From Selenomonadaceae bacterium (GTDB taxonomy: Bacteria > Bacillota > Negativicutes > Selenomonadales > Selenomonadaceae), in contig JAZLHS010000011.1 of the NCBI GenBank assembly GCA_045616885.1, positions 1 to 58,922 on the forward strand: a stretch of 58,922 nt of DNA. The letters run 5' to 3'. Positions within the stretch are counted from its first letter, which is position 1; each line of letters begins with the position of its first letter. A program made the translations under genes and the position numbers. Shown piece by piece: positions 1-8,975 of the stretch. The notes under the pieces were generated by a model. That model saw only the letters and a program-made list of their open reading frames with translations, searched no databases and had not been told where the DNA came from.

Positions 1-447
1 CCTGCCCATCTCGAAGCTGCGAACCAGTTCGACAACACAGTCAACATCCTGACCGGCACAGAAGCCTTCGCCAAGTCCGATGGAAAAAGATACGGGCCAG
101 TTGTTCTCGCGAACTGCTCCGTCATTGACAGCGTCAACGAGGATACAGCCTCTCAGCTTGTGAATTACCCGACCGATAGGGTCGACCAGCATGGCTATGC
201 CGTCATCCTTCAGCAGCTGCTGAGCCTCGGCAAAGCTGGCGGCACAGCGGCAGGTCACTCGCTCCACCGTCTTCTCGCCGCTGTATACACAGTCAGCGAA
301 GGATGCCTCGCGGCGAATAGATGAAGGCCGCGCCTGCTCCAATATCAGCACTTTATAGCCGACTCGCCATAGGGTGATGGCAATGCCGGTACTGATATCG
401 CCGCCGCCCCTCAGCACGATAAGGTGCTTCAACAGTTCATTCTTCAT
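1..447 (-). CDS. yqeB: YqeB-family selenium-dependent molybdenum hydroxylase accessory protein (N-terminal part; C-terminus runs off the window)
   Basis: Not in the ORF track because there is no stop in the window. The reverse-strand ATG at 447 gives MKNELLKHLIVLRGGGDISTGIAITLWRVGYKVLILEQARPSSIRREASFADCVYSGEKTVE... and stays open to position 1. This matches my recollection of the YqeB N-terminus (RGGGD loop, then IRR..SF..VY.G). Confidence 0.6.
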   Translation of the reverse strand, partial: MKNELLKHLIVLRGGGDISTGIAITLWRVGYKVLILEQARPSSIRREASFADCVYSGEKTVERVTCRCAASFAEAQQLLKDDGIAMLVDPIGRVIHKLRGCILVDAVNDGAVRENNWPVSFSIGLGEGFCAGQDVDCVVELVRSFEMGR

Positions 448-501
448 GGTGAAGTCCTCTCTTATCTCACTTGCTCATTTATCTCATTACTCTTGCCAGT
501 C

Positions 502-1167
502 TTATTTATCTTCGTAAGGACGAACTCTCAGGCGAACACCCCGCTCGTCACAAATCTTCTGACAGAGTTCTATTTCTTTTTCGTCCTCTACATGGTCGAC
601 CACAGTCAGCACCACATCAGGGACATATTTTTTCATATTCTGGGCGAAGGTCAGCATCGCATCATATGATTTGATTCCAAATTTGCTGCGGGTCAGCTCA
701 AGATAGCGCTCCGCATTGGAGGCATTGAGGCTGATAGAGCAGGTGTCGAGAATATTCCCGGCAAAGTCCGGCGTCGTATCGCGGTCGTACTCCAAATCAC
801 TGAGGCCGTTTGTATTGAGGCGGGTCTTGACTGTGGGATGATTTGCTTTCACCCACTTCAGCAGAGTGATGATGTCTGGCAGACGCATAGTCGGCTCACC
901 GAAGCCGCAGAAGACGACCTCACTGACCAGCTCCCAAGGAACATTCTCCAGTTCTTTCACTACCGTATCCACTGCCGGCTCCCCACCTTTCAGCCAAAGG
1001 GTGGAAGTCTCTGCCATCTCCTTCATCTCGCGCAGACAGAAGGTGCAGGCACAGGTGCAGCGGTTGGTAAGATTTACATAGATACTGCGGCTACCTTCTG
1101 GGTAGCGGCGCAGACTTTCCGGGATAGGGATATACTCCCCGCCGGTATCTACAGCATATACAATCAT
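502..1167 (-). CDS. small radical SAM protein (resembles the TatD-associated radical SAM family)
   Basis: 221 aa. CX3CX2C cluster CTCACTFC follows YVNLTNR. GFGEPT and NTNG motifs are typical of the radical SAM core. The family assignment is from memory only. Confidence 0.6.
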   Translation of the reverse strand: MIVYAVDTGGEYIPIPESLRRYPEGSRSIYVNLTNRCTCACTFCLREMKEMAETSTLWLKGGEPAVDTVVKELENVPWELVSEVVFCGFGEPTMRLPDIITLLKWVKANHPTVKTRLNTNGLSDLEYDRDTTPDFAGNILDTCSISLNASNAERYLELTRSKFGIKSYDAMLTFAQNMKKYVPDVVLTVVDHVEDEKEIELCQKICDERGVRLRVRPYEDK

Positions 1168-1195
1168 TTTTCTTCCCTTTACTTATCTGTTTAGC

Positions 1196-2725
1196 TCACA
1201 TAAGCGGATTCAGGTCAAGATTTTCAAAGCCGCTGAGCAGGCCGCGCAGCTGACAGACGATAGCCTTTACCGAGCCGGGGCGGCGTCCCTCTACATTCAG
1301 CGGCAGCAGCGGATCATGGAGAGAGCGGCGAAGCAGTGCCCAGCCGTCCGGGAACACAAGGCGCACACCTTCATAGGACGGAGCGGCGATTTTTATTCCT
1401 GCTTCCTTCGCTCTGTATTCAAAGGTTTCAAGAACCATCCCGCCGTAGTTGGCGACATTATCAACGCCGGTAATCTTCAGACGGTACTCTTCGGCTTCAG
1501 CGGGATAACCGAGCTTGGCAATCAGGTCGCCGAGGCGTCGTCCTTCCCGACGAGCCTTCGCCGCAGCGATGACCAGCTTCACAGCCAGATAGGCGCCGTC
1601 GTCAAGGTAGTAGTTCTCCAGCAGCGCTCCGTGACCGCTGGTCTCGATAGCCAAGGGACTGACCGTCCCCTCGCCGTTCAGACGGCGGCATTCGTTGATG
1701 ACATTTTTATAGCCGCGCTGGAAACGATGATGGACAAGACCCAGTTCCTTCGTCAGGAATTCGGCCAGCTCATCGCTGGTAACCGAGTCGGTGATGATGG
1801 TGCTGCCGGGATAATCCGGAGCCAATACCGCGGCTATCATAGCAATTAGAGCATTGCGACTTACTTCGGTGCCGTCCTCCAGCACTGCGCTCATGCGGTC
1901 CACATCGGTGTCGAAGATGAGTCCCAAGTCAGCCTTTGCGGCAAGGACACCCTCACGGATAGATTCCATGGCTTTTGCGTTTTCCGGATTTGGCTCATGG
2001 TAGGGGAACATTCCGTCCGGAGCCAGATAGAGGCTGCCGGATACATCTGCTCCCAGAGGCTCCAGCACTCCGCCGGCAAAGAAGCCACCGGCACCGCTGC
2101 CGGCATCGATAACGATGTGCATATCAGCCAGCGGCTGCTCCGTTTCCTCTGCACCAAGTCCCTTGCAGATAACGCCGCGGAGATGGTTGCAGTAGCGCTC
2201 AATAAGTGGATAGCTTATCGTCTCTTTGAGACTGCCGTTCTGGGCGGGAGTGTCGGATGCCTTCATGAGCAGCTCCTTGATGTCACCCTTTTCCAGTCCA
2301 CCATCGGCAGTAAAGAATTTCATGCCGTTGCGATTGAAGGGGAGATGGCTGGCGGTTATCATTATCGAGCCGTCCATCGCCGGGAACTTCGGCTCGGCTG
2401 CTTCGTCAAAGACGATGGACATGAACATGGCCGGAGTGGAGGCCAGACCGCAGTCGTATCCCTCGGCACCCATGCCGATGATCGCCTTCAGCGCCTCGCC
2501 CTTCAGCGCCGGTCCGGTGAGACGAGAGTCAACACCTACAGCAATCTTCAGCTTGTCTGCCGGTTTTCCGGTCTTGCCGGACAGCCAGCCGGTGTAAGCA
2601 GCGGCGATGCGATTTACCGCCTCGCCGGTAAGATTTACGGCTTCACCCGGTCTGCCGTCCATGGCAACACCACGAACGTCACTGCCGTTTTGCAGAGCGA
2701 GAAAATTCTCTATCGATAAACTCAT
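1196..2725 (-). CDS. phosphohexomutase family protein (phosphomannomutase/phosphoglucomutase-like)
   Basis: Active-site loop TASHLPFNRNGMKF and metal loop FDTDVDR. The ORF opens at 2731 (MIM...). The ATG at 2725 has better spacing to the GAGGAAA Shine-Dalgarno. Confidence 0.8.
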   Translation of the reverse strand: MSLSIENFLALQNGSDVRGVAMDGRPGEAVNLTGEAVNRIAAAYTGWLSGKTGKPADKLKIAVGVDSRLTGPALKGEALKAIIGMGAEGYDCGLASTPAMFMSIVFDEAAEPKFPAMDGSIMITASHLPFNRNGMKFFTADGGLEKGDIKELLMKASDTPAQNGSLKETISYPLIERYCNHLRGVICKGLGAEETEQPLADMHIVIDAGSGAGGFFAGGVLEPLGADVSGSLYLAPDGMFPYHEPNPENAKAMESIREGVLAAKADLGLIFDTDVDRMSAVLEDGTEVSRNALIAMIAAVLAPDYPGSTIITDSVTSDELAEFLTKELGLVHHRFQRGYKNVINECRRLNGEGTVSPLAIETSGHGALLENYYLDDGAYLAVKLVIAAAKARREGRRLGDLIAKLGYPAEAEEYRLKITGVDNVANYGGMVLETFEYRAKEAGIKIAAPSYEGVRLVFPDGWALLRRSLHDPLLPLNVEGRRPGSVKAIVCQLRGLLSGFENLDLNPLM

Positions 2726-2753
2726 GATCATTTTCCTCTGTTTCTCAATTTTC

Positions 2754-3410
2754 TTACTTAAATTCCGGACTTTGCAGCTTCAGGTCAGCCGGCGGGATAA
2801 TGCAGGGCTCCATTCCGCCGGTAACAGTCAGCGCCCGATAGTAGGCCGTGCAGATGTCTTCCACATACATCGCCTTCACCAGCGCATCGTCAACGCCCTT
2901 GCTGCTGACAGTCATTACTCCGTGGTGAGCCAGAAGCATAGCGTCACCTTTCGTCAGCGGCAGCCTCACGGAGTCGGCCAAAGCCTGTGAACCCTGCCGT
3001 CCGTATACTGCCACGGGAATGTAGCCCATGTTCTTCTCACAGCCAAGATGTCCGCTCTCGGCCAGTACCGGCGGCACCGGCTTCTCGATTATTGCGAAGG
3101 CTAGAGCGTATGGAGAATGAGTATGAGCCACGGCATTGATGTCCGGTCTTGCCTCATAGGCCGCCACATGCATCAGTGATTCACTGGAAGGCTTCCGGTC
3201 ATTCTTATTCTCAAGGATTTTCAATTCCTTGTCAATGATTATTATATCATCCTCGGTCATCGTCATCCGGTCAAGTCCGGAGGGGGTGATGGCGATACAT
3301 TTCCGCTCATTATCGATGCGGCTGAAATTGCCGGAGCGAGGACGGCACAGACCGGCTTCCTCCGCTCTCTGCGCAGCGGCAATTACCTCCCGTTTCATTT
3401 CTTCGTACAT
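2754..3410 (-). CDS. class II aldolase/adducin-family protein (fuculose-/deoxyribulose-phosphate aldolase-like)
   Basis: 218 aa. GNFS, HTHS and AHHG zinc/active-site motifs of class II aldolases. The start lies 1 nt after the deoB stop, with a GGAG upstream. Confidence 0.75.
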   Translation of the reverse strand: MYEEMKREVIAAAQRAEEAGLCRPRSGNFSRIDNERKCIAITPSGLDRMTMTEDDIIIIDKELKILENKNDRKPSSESLMHVAAYEARPDINAVAHTHSPYALAFAIIEKPVPPVLAESGHLGCEKNMGYIPVAVYGRQGSQALADSVRLPLTKGDAMLLAHHGVMTVSSKGVDDALVKAMYVEDICTAYYRALTVTGGMEPCIIPPADLKLQSPEFK

Positions 3411-3411
3411 T

Positions 3412-4608
3412 TCATTCTCCTGCTATTTGCGGCCAGAAGGACTCGCCCCTGCCGCTGTATTTTTCCTCGACTCTCAGCATCTGAGCCACCGTAGCCCCCA
3501 AATCGGCGAAGCTGCTGCGAGTACCCATATCGGTTCCTGCCTTTACAGCCGCACCGTAAATAAGCACCGGCACATATTCGCGCGTGTGGTCGCTGCCGGC
3601 CCCCTTCGGGTCACAGCCATGGTCAGCCGTAAGAATCACAACATCGTCGGCCTCCATATCACCAATGAACTCCGTCAGCTGTTCGTCGAAATCCTCAAGC
3701 GCCTTGGCATAGCCCTCCGGGTCACGACGGTGACCGAACTTCATATCAAAATCTACCAGATTGACAAAGCAGAGTCCCTGCCAATCTTTCTTCTTCAGCA
3801 TAGCGATTGCCTTGTTCATGCCATCGGCATTGCCGTCCATAGCCAGATGGTCGGTGACAGCCCGTCCAGCAAAGATATCGCGAATCTTTCCGACCGAGAT
3901 GACCTTCTGTCCGTCCGCAGCAACAGCATCCAGTACAGTGGGACCAGTAGGCTCCAGCGCATAGTCATGACGCCCGCTTGTCCGCTCATAGTCGGGAAAT
4001 GTCCCGACGAAAGGACGGGCGATGACTCGGCCTACGCCCCAGGGAGTACCGCCGGCACATATCTTCCGTGCCTTTTCGCAGAGAGCGTACAGCTCCTCGC
4101 GGCTGTATATATCTTCATGGCAGGCTATCTGCAGCACGCTGTCGGCAGAAGTATAGACGATAGGCTTGCGGGTTTTTATATGCTCCTCACCGAAATCATG
4201 GATGACCTCGGTACCGGAGTACGGTCTGTTGCAGAGTACGCCAATGCCGAAGGCTTCTTCCAGTCTGGCGATAAACTCAGGGGGAAATCCCTCGGGGAAT
4301 GTCGGCATCGCCTGTTCGCTCACCACACCGGCAATCTCCCAGTGACCGGTAACCGTATCCTTACCCAAAGATTTCTCTGCCATCCGGCAGTATGCTGCTG
4401 TCGGCTTCTTGCACAGTTCGCCGGTCAGCTTTCCGTTTCCTTCAATATTAAACAAGCCAAAACGGCTCATCTCCGGCACGGCAAATCCCGGCACCTCCGT
4501 TACCGAACGGAGAGTATTCACGTCGCCGTCGCCGAAGGCCGGAGCGTCCGGCAGAGCGCCGCAGCCAAAGCTATCCAATACAATGAGAAATACGCGTTTT
4601 ACATTCAT
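3412..4608 (-). CDS. deoB: phosphopentomutase
   Basis: MNVKRVFLIVLDSFGCG... is a typical DeoB N-terminus, and ADHGCDP is the metal site. The ORF extends to 4677, but the ATG at 4608 follows GGGGTGA and restores the canonical N-terminus. Confidence 0.9.
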   Translation of the reverse strand: MNVKRVFLIVLDSFGCGALPDAPAFGDGDVNTLRSVTEVPGFAVPEMSRFGLFNIEGNGKLTGELCKKPTAAYCRMAEKSLGKDTVTGHWEIAGVVSEQAMPTFPEGFPPEFIARLEEAFGIGVLCNRPYSGTEVIHDFGEEHIKTRKPIVYTSADSVLQIACHEDIYSREELYALCEKARKICAGGTPWGVGRVIARPFVGTFPDYERTSGRHDYALEPTGPTVLDAVAADGQKVISVGKIRDIFAGRAVTDHLAMDGNADGMNKAIAMLKKKDWQGLCFVNLVDFDMKFGHRRDPEGYAKALEDFDEQLTEFIGDMEADDVVILTADHGCDPKGAGSDHTREYVPVLIYGAAVKAGTDMGTRSSFADLGATVAQMLRVEEKYSGRGESFWPQIAGE

Positions 4609-4807
4609 TTTCGTCACCCCACCGCTTCTAAAAATCAACGATAAGTTTACTACTCTAATCAGTATCTTATTCGCCATCCCTGCGAATTATCCTCTATAAA
4701 ATTTATCCGAAAGAAAAACATTATTGTTTCCCCATTTCATAAATTTGATATATAATAGAAGCAATTGATATTTCTGTATATTCTGTAATAACCCGGAGGA
4801 ACACAAA

Positions 4808-5791
4808 ATGAACACCGAAATGCTAAAGGTTCGTCCCCGTCGTCTGAGAGTAAATCCCACGCTCCGCAGCATGGTTCGTGAGACCACCCTCTCCATAACG
4901 GATTTCGTCTATCCCCTCTTCGTCGTTGCCGGCGAAAATGTGCATGAGGAAATCCCCTCCATGCCCGGCGTCTACCATCTGTCTGTTGACAGAGCTGTAG
5001 AGGTAGCGAAGGCTGCCGCCGCGCTTGGCATTCCCTCCGTTGAAATCTTCGGCCTGCCCGAATACAAGGATGAAATCGGCAGCTCGGCCTGGGACATGAC
5101 CAGCCCGGTTCAGCGTGCTATCGCCGCTATCAAGAAGGAAGTCCCCGAGCTGATAATCGTCGGCGATGTCTGCCTCTGCCAGTACACAAGCCACGGCCAC
5201 TGCGGATGTCTGGACGGCAAATATGTAGACAATGATAAGACCCTGCCGCTCCTGGCCAAAGTCGCTGTCAGCCAGGCTGATGCCGGTGCCGACATCATCG
5301 CGCCCTCCGACATGATGGACGGACGCGTAGCTGCTATCCGCGACGGTCTCGACGAAGCCGGTCATCAGAACATCTCCATCATGAGCTATGCCGTCAAGTA
5401 CGCCTCCGGATTCTACGGCCCCTTCCGCGATGCTGCCGACAGCACACCTCAGTTCGGCGACCGCCGCCAGTATCAGATGGATCCGGCCAACATCCGCGAA
5501 GCTCTCAAAGAGACCATGCTGGATGTAGAAGAAGGCGCCGACATCATCATGGTCAAGCCTGCTATGGCTTATCTCGATGTTGTCGCCAAGGTCAAGGAGA
5601 TAACCGACTGCCCCATCGCCTGCTACAATGTCAGCGGCGAATACTCCATGATAAAGGCCGCCGCTGCCAACGGCTGGATTGACGAAAAGCGCATCACCCT
5701 CGAAACTCTCACCTCCATGAAGCGTGCCGGCAGCGACATCATCATCACCTATCACGCTATGGAGGCTGCAAAGTGGCTGGCTGAGGGCTGA
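4808..5791 (+). CDS. hemB: porphobilinogen synthase (delta-aminolevulinate dehydratase), Zn-type
   Basis: 327 aa. RPRRLR N-terminus, Cys triad [14 protein letters not shown], active-site MVKPA. GGAGGA RBS upstream. Confidence 0.95.
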   Translation: MNTEMLKVRPRRLRVNPTLRSMVRETTLSITDFVYPLFVVAGENVHEEIPSMPGVYHLSVDRAVEVAKAAAALGIPSVEIFGLPEYKDEIGSSAWDMTSPVQRAIAAIKKEVPELIIVGDVCLCQYTSHGHCGCLDGKYVDNDKTLPLLAKVAVSQADAGADIIAPSDMMDGRVAAIRDGLDEAGHQNISIMSYAVKYASGFYGPFRDAADSTPQFGDRRQYQMDPANIREALKETMLDVEEGADIIMVKPAMAYLDVVAKVKEITDCPIACYNVSGEYSMIKAAAANGWIDEKRITLETLTSMKRAGSDIIITYHAMEAAKWLAEG

Positions 5792-5799
5792 TATAACAG

Positions 5800-5845
5800 G
5801 TTTTACCCCTCCGGCCATGCTGCGCTCGGCCACCTCCCCTAAAGG
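5800..5845 (+). repeat. GC-rich hairpin motif, diverged copy 3 (possible hemB terminator)
   Basis: ACCCCTCCGGCC...GGCCACCTCCCCTAAAGGGGAGGCTTCC. The CCTCCCC/GGGGAGG hairpin at 5823-5840 is followed by a T-rich tract. Similarity to the other two copies is weaker. Confidence 0.5.
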
Positions 5846-5850
5846 GGAGG

Positions 5851-5998
5851 CTTCCTATATGTAAATCAGGCTGCCGTATTGCCCGTGAGAAAACCGTTAA
5901 TCAACACCGGTACTTTGCGACTGACAAGCTAGCCAGCGCAGTCAGAGCTTAGTACCGCTGTGTTGATTACCGCGCGAAAGCAGGTTTTCGTCGGGCAA
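5851..5998 (+). repeat. long-hairpin repeat (LHR) copy A
   Basis: Outer arms 5861-5875 CTGCCGTATTGCCCG and 5982-5996 CGGGCAATAGGGCAG. The core GAGAAAACCGTTAATCAACACCGGTACT...AGTACCGCTGTGTTGATTAC...GGTTTTCG is shared with the other copies. Confidence 0.85.
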
Positions 5999-6040
5999 TA
6001 GGGCAGTCTTCAGTCAAATAAAACTTTTGGGAGATACGAT

Positions 6041-7360
6041 ATGCTTAATCTTGAAAAATCCGCGGCCGCTTTTGCCGAAGCCAAAAGCCTCATGCCCGGC
6101 GGCGTCAACAGCCCGGTCCGCTCCTACCGTTCCATGGGCTCCACCCCTCCCTTCATCGCCAAAGCGAAAGGCTCCAAAATCTACGACATCGACGGCAACG
6201 AATACATCGACTACGTTCTCAGCTGGGGGCCAATGGTTGTTGGCCACGCTCACGACGAAGTAATCGCCGCCATCAATGAGGCTGCTGCCCTCGGCACCAG
6301 CTACGGCGCTCCCACGCTTCGTGAGTCCGAGCTTGCCAAGCTCGTCATGACCGTCTACCCGTCCATCCAGCGAATCCGCATGGTCAACAGCGGCACCGAA
6401 GCTACTATGAGCGCGCTTCGTCTGGCTCGCGGCTATACGAAGCGTGACAAGATAATCAAATTTGTCGGCTGCTATCACGGCCACAGCGACAGCCTGCTGG
6501 TAAAAGCCGGCTCCGGCCTCGCCACCTTCGGCGTTCCCGACAGTCCCGGCGTCACCGCCGGTGTCGCCAACGACACCATCACCGTCCCCTACAACGACCC
6601 GGAAGCACTCACCGCTGTGATGAAAGAGCACGGCAGTGAAGTCGCCGCCATCATCGTGGAGCCGGTAGCCGGCAACATGGGCTGCATCCTGCCGAAGCAG
6701 GGCTACCTCGGCTTCCTCCGCAAAATCACCGAGGAATACGGTGCCCTCCTCATTTTCGACGAAGTAATGTGCGGCTTCCGGGCAAGCCTCGGCGGAGCTC
6801 AGGCTGCCTATGGCATCACACCGGATATCACCTGCCTCGGCAAAATAATCGGCGGCGGTCTCCCGGTCGCTGCTTACGGCGGCAAGGCTGAAATCATGGA
6901 CTGCGTCAGCCCGGCCGGCCCTGTCTATCAGGCCGGTACTCTCTCCGGCAACCCGCTGGCTATGGCTGCCGGTATCGCCACTCTGAAAATCCTCACCGCT
7001 GAGCCGGAGCCCGGTCAGCCGGATACTAACAGAATTCTCACTCTGAAGGTCAAGGAAATCCTCGCTGCCGTAGACGCTGCCGCAAAAAAATACGGCGTAG
7101 CCGTCCAGCTCCATCAGGCAGGCTCCATGTTCGGCATCTTCTTCAGCGAAAAAGATGTAGAGAACTACGAGGACGCCGAGGCCTGTGATCAGGAAGCCTT
7201 CAAGGTCTGGTTCCACTCCATGCTGGAGCAGGGCATCTATCTGGCTCCCAGCCAGTTCGAGACAATTTTCATGTCTATGGCTCACAGCGATGAAGATATC
7301 GCCAAGACCATCGCCGCCATCGATGTGGCTATGAAGGCCGTCGCCGACTCAAAAAAGTAA
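6041..7360 (+). CDS. hemL: glutamate-1-semialdehyde 2,1-aminomutase
   Basis: 439 aa. MPGGVNSPVR motif, class-III aminotransferase pattern, PLP-Lys context LGKIIGGG. Confidence 0.95.
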   Translation: MLNLEKSAAAFAEAKSLMPGGVNSPVRSYRSMGSTPPFIAKAKGSKIYDIDGNEYIDYVLSWGPMVVGHAHDEVIAAINEAAALGTSYGAPTLRESELAKLVMTVYPSIQRIRMVNSGTEATMSALRLARGYTKRDKIIKFVGCYHGHSDSLLVKAGSGLATFGVPDSPGVTAGVANDTITVPYNDPEALTAVMKEHGSEVAAIIVEPVAGNMGCILPKQGYLGFLRKITEEYGALLIFDEVMCGFRASLGGAQAAYGITPDITCLGKIIGGGLPVAAYGGKAEIMDCVSPAGPVYQAGTLSGNPLAMAAGIATLKILTAEPEPGQPDTNRILTLKVKEILAAVDAAAKKYGVAVQLHQAGSMFGIFFSEKDVENYEDAEACDQEAFKVWFHSMLEQGIYLAPSQFETIFMSMAHSDEDIAKTIAAIDVAMKAVADSKK

Positions 7361-7390
7361 AATAAGATGGCGAAGCCATCTATACCTCGA

Positions 7391-7540
7391 TTTAAATCCG
7401 CCGTAACATGGTTAATAAGAAAACCGTTTATCCATGCCGGTACTTAGCGATTGACAAGCTGACCAGCGAAGTCAGAGCTTAGTACCGCTGCATGGATAAC
7501 CGAATGAAAATGGGTTTTCGTTTAATCATGTTAGGCGGTA
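7391..7540 (+). repeat. LHR copy B
   Basis: Outer arms 7398-7416 and 7521-7538. Core AAGAAAACCGTTTATCCATGCCGGTACTTAGCGATTGAC...GTCAGAGCTTAGTACCGCTGCATGGATAAC...GGTTTTCG. Confidence 0.85.
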
Positions 7541-7558
7541 CGATTAATTGAACTACTC

Positions 7559-7691
7559 GGAATAACAGTCTGACAGAAACTCGCTCCCGCTCATTTATTC
7601 ACGCAACGGTACTAAGCTCCTGCTTCATATGCTTATTCGCAGGTCGCTAAGTACCGGCGTTCATAATGGTTTCTTTTCAGACAGTTATTCC
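7559..7691 (-). repeat. LHR copy C (inverted relative to B)
   Basis: The reverse complement reads GGAATAACTGTCTGAAAAGAAACCATTATGAACGCCGGTACTTAGCGACCTGC...GCAGGAGCTTAGTACCG...GTTTCTGTCAGACTGTTATTCC. Confidence 0.85.
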
Positions 7692-7737
7692 TTCGTTTTT
7701 TAAGGAAGACCCCCTTGCAAATTAAAGGAGGACAATC

Positions 7738-8919
7738 ATGAATAACTTTACCTTCTATACCCCCACCGAAATCGTCTTCGGCAAGGACACCGAAGCAAAG
7801 GTTGCCGACCTCACCAAAAAGCATGGCGGCACCCGCGTCCTCATCGTCTACGGCGGCGGCTCCGTAAAAAAGAGCGGCCTGCTGGACAGAGTTGAAGAAA
7901 CGCTGAAAGCTGCCAACATTCCCTTTGCCGAATTCGGCGGCGTCCAGCCGAATCCCCGCCTCTCTCACGCCCGTGAAGGTGTAAAGGCTGCCGCTAAGTT
8001 CGGTGCCGACCTCATCCTGGCTGTGGGCGGCGGTTCCGTCATCGACACATCAAAGGCCATCGCTCACGGCGCAGCCGACCTGTCCACCGACATCTGGGAA
8101 TACTGGTCCGGCAGCAAGACCGTGGCTCAGTCCATTCCCGTCGGCGTCATCCTCACCATCAGTGCCGCCGGCAGTGAGACCAGCAGCAGTGCCGTCCTCA
8201 CCAACGAGGAAACCGGCAAAAAGTGCGGCGTCAACACCGACTTCAATCGCCCTGCCTTCGCCATCATGAATCCTGAGCTGACCTACACGATTCCCCGTCG
8301 TCAGCTGGCCGCCGGCATCGCCGACATCATGATGCACACCCTTGACCGCTACATCACCCACGAGGAAGGCAATGAGTTCACCGACAGGGTAGCGGAAGCT
8401 CTCCTTAAGAACCTCATCCGCTTCGCAAAGCTGGCAATGACCAACCATCGTGACTATCAGGCTATGAGTGAAATAATGTGGTGCGGCTCAGTCAGCCACA
8501 ACGGCTTCACTTCCCTTGGCCGCACGATGGACTTCGGCGTTCACAAGCTGGGTCACGAGCTGTCCGGCTTCTACGATGCCATCCACGGTGAGACACTCAC
8601 TACCATGTGGCCGGCCTGGGCCCGCTACGTGATGATGGACAAGCCGGAGCGCTTCGCCCAATATGCTGAGAATGTCTGGGGCGTCTGCGTCGGCACTCCT
8701 ATCGAGCGCGCAAGAGCCGGTATCCGTGAGACCGAGGAATTCTGGCACAGCCTTGGTCTTCCCCTCTCCTTCACCGAGCTGGGCATCGGCATTAAAGACG
8801 ATGCGGAAATCGAGAAGCTTGCCGACAGCCTCTCATCCGGCGGCACAAAAAAAGTGGCCGTCTTCCGCCCGATTGGCAAGGAAGAGGCCATCGCCATCTA
8901 CAAGCTGGCAAATCACTAA
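7738..8919 (+). CDS. iron-containing (group III) alcohol dehydrogenase, YqhD/BdhA-like
   Basis: 393 aa. GGGSVIDTSKAIA nucleotide loop and conserved His residues (HxxxH region HELSGFYDAIHG). AAAGGAGG RBS. Confidence 0.9.
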   Translation: MNNFTFYTPTEIVFGKDTEAKVADLTKKHGGTRVLIVYGGGSVKKSGLLDRVEETLKAANIPFAEFGGVQPNPRLSHAREGVKAAAKFGADLILAVGGGSVIDTSKAIAHGAADLSTDIWEYWSGSKTVAQSIPVGVILTISAAGSETSSSAVLTNEETGKKCGVNTDFNRPAFAIMNPELTYTIPRRQLAAGIADIMMHTLDRYITHEEGNEFTDRVAEALLKNLIRFAKLAMTNHRDYQAMSEIMWCGSVSHNGFTSLGRTMDFGVHKLGHELSGFYDAIHGETLTTMWPAWARYVMMDKPERFAQYAENVWGVCVGTPIERARAGIRETEEFWHSLGLPLSFTELGIGIKDDAEIEKLADSLSSGGTKKVAVFRPIGKEEAIAIYKLANH

Positions 8920-8934
8920 TCATAATTTTGTTAA

Positions 8935-8975
8935 GGGCAGAGAGAATGACAAAGCATTCTCTCTGCCCTTTCCTT
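8935..8975 (+). terminator. intrinsic terminator after the alcohol dehydrogenase gene
   Basis: Perfect 14-bp stem GGGCAGAGAGAATG / CATTCTCTCTGCCC, 6-nt loop, then TTTCCTT. Confidence 0.75.

Noticed and set aside
4823-5833. 336-aa minus-strand ORF antisense to hemB. The 423-aa ORF at 6014-7285 antisense to hemL is similar.
   Set aside because: The plus-strand frames encode unmistakable HemB and HemL. The antisense translations are low-complexity (Gly/Ala/Asp/Val-rich) shadow ORFs, typical of moderately GC-rich coding DNA.
5851-5998. Whether the long-hairpin repeats are tRNAs, riboswitches or a CRISPR-like array.
   Set aside because: There is no cloverleaf or anticodon architecture. They lie 3' of genes rather than in 5' leaders. 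The copies are dispersed in different spacers, and each is a single long hairpin rather than a multi-stem aptamer.
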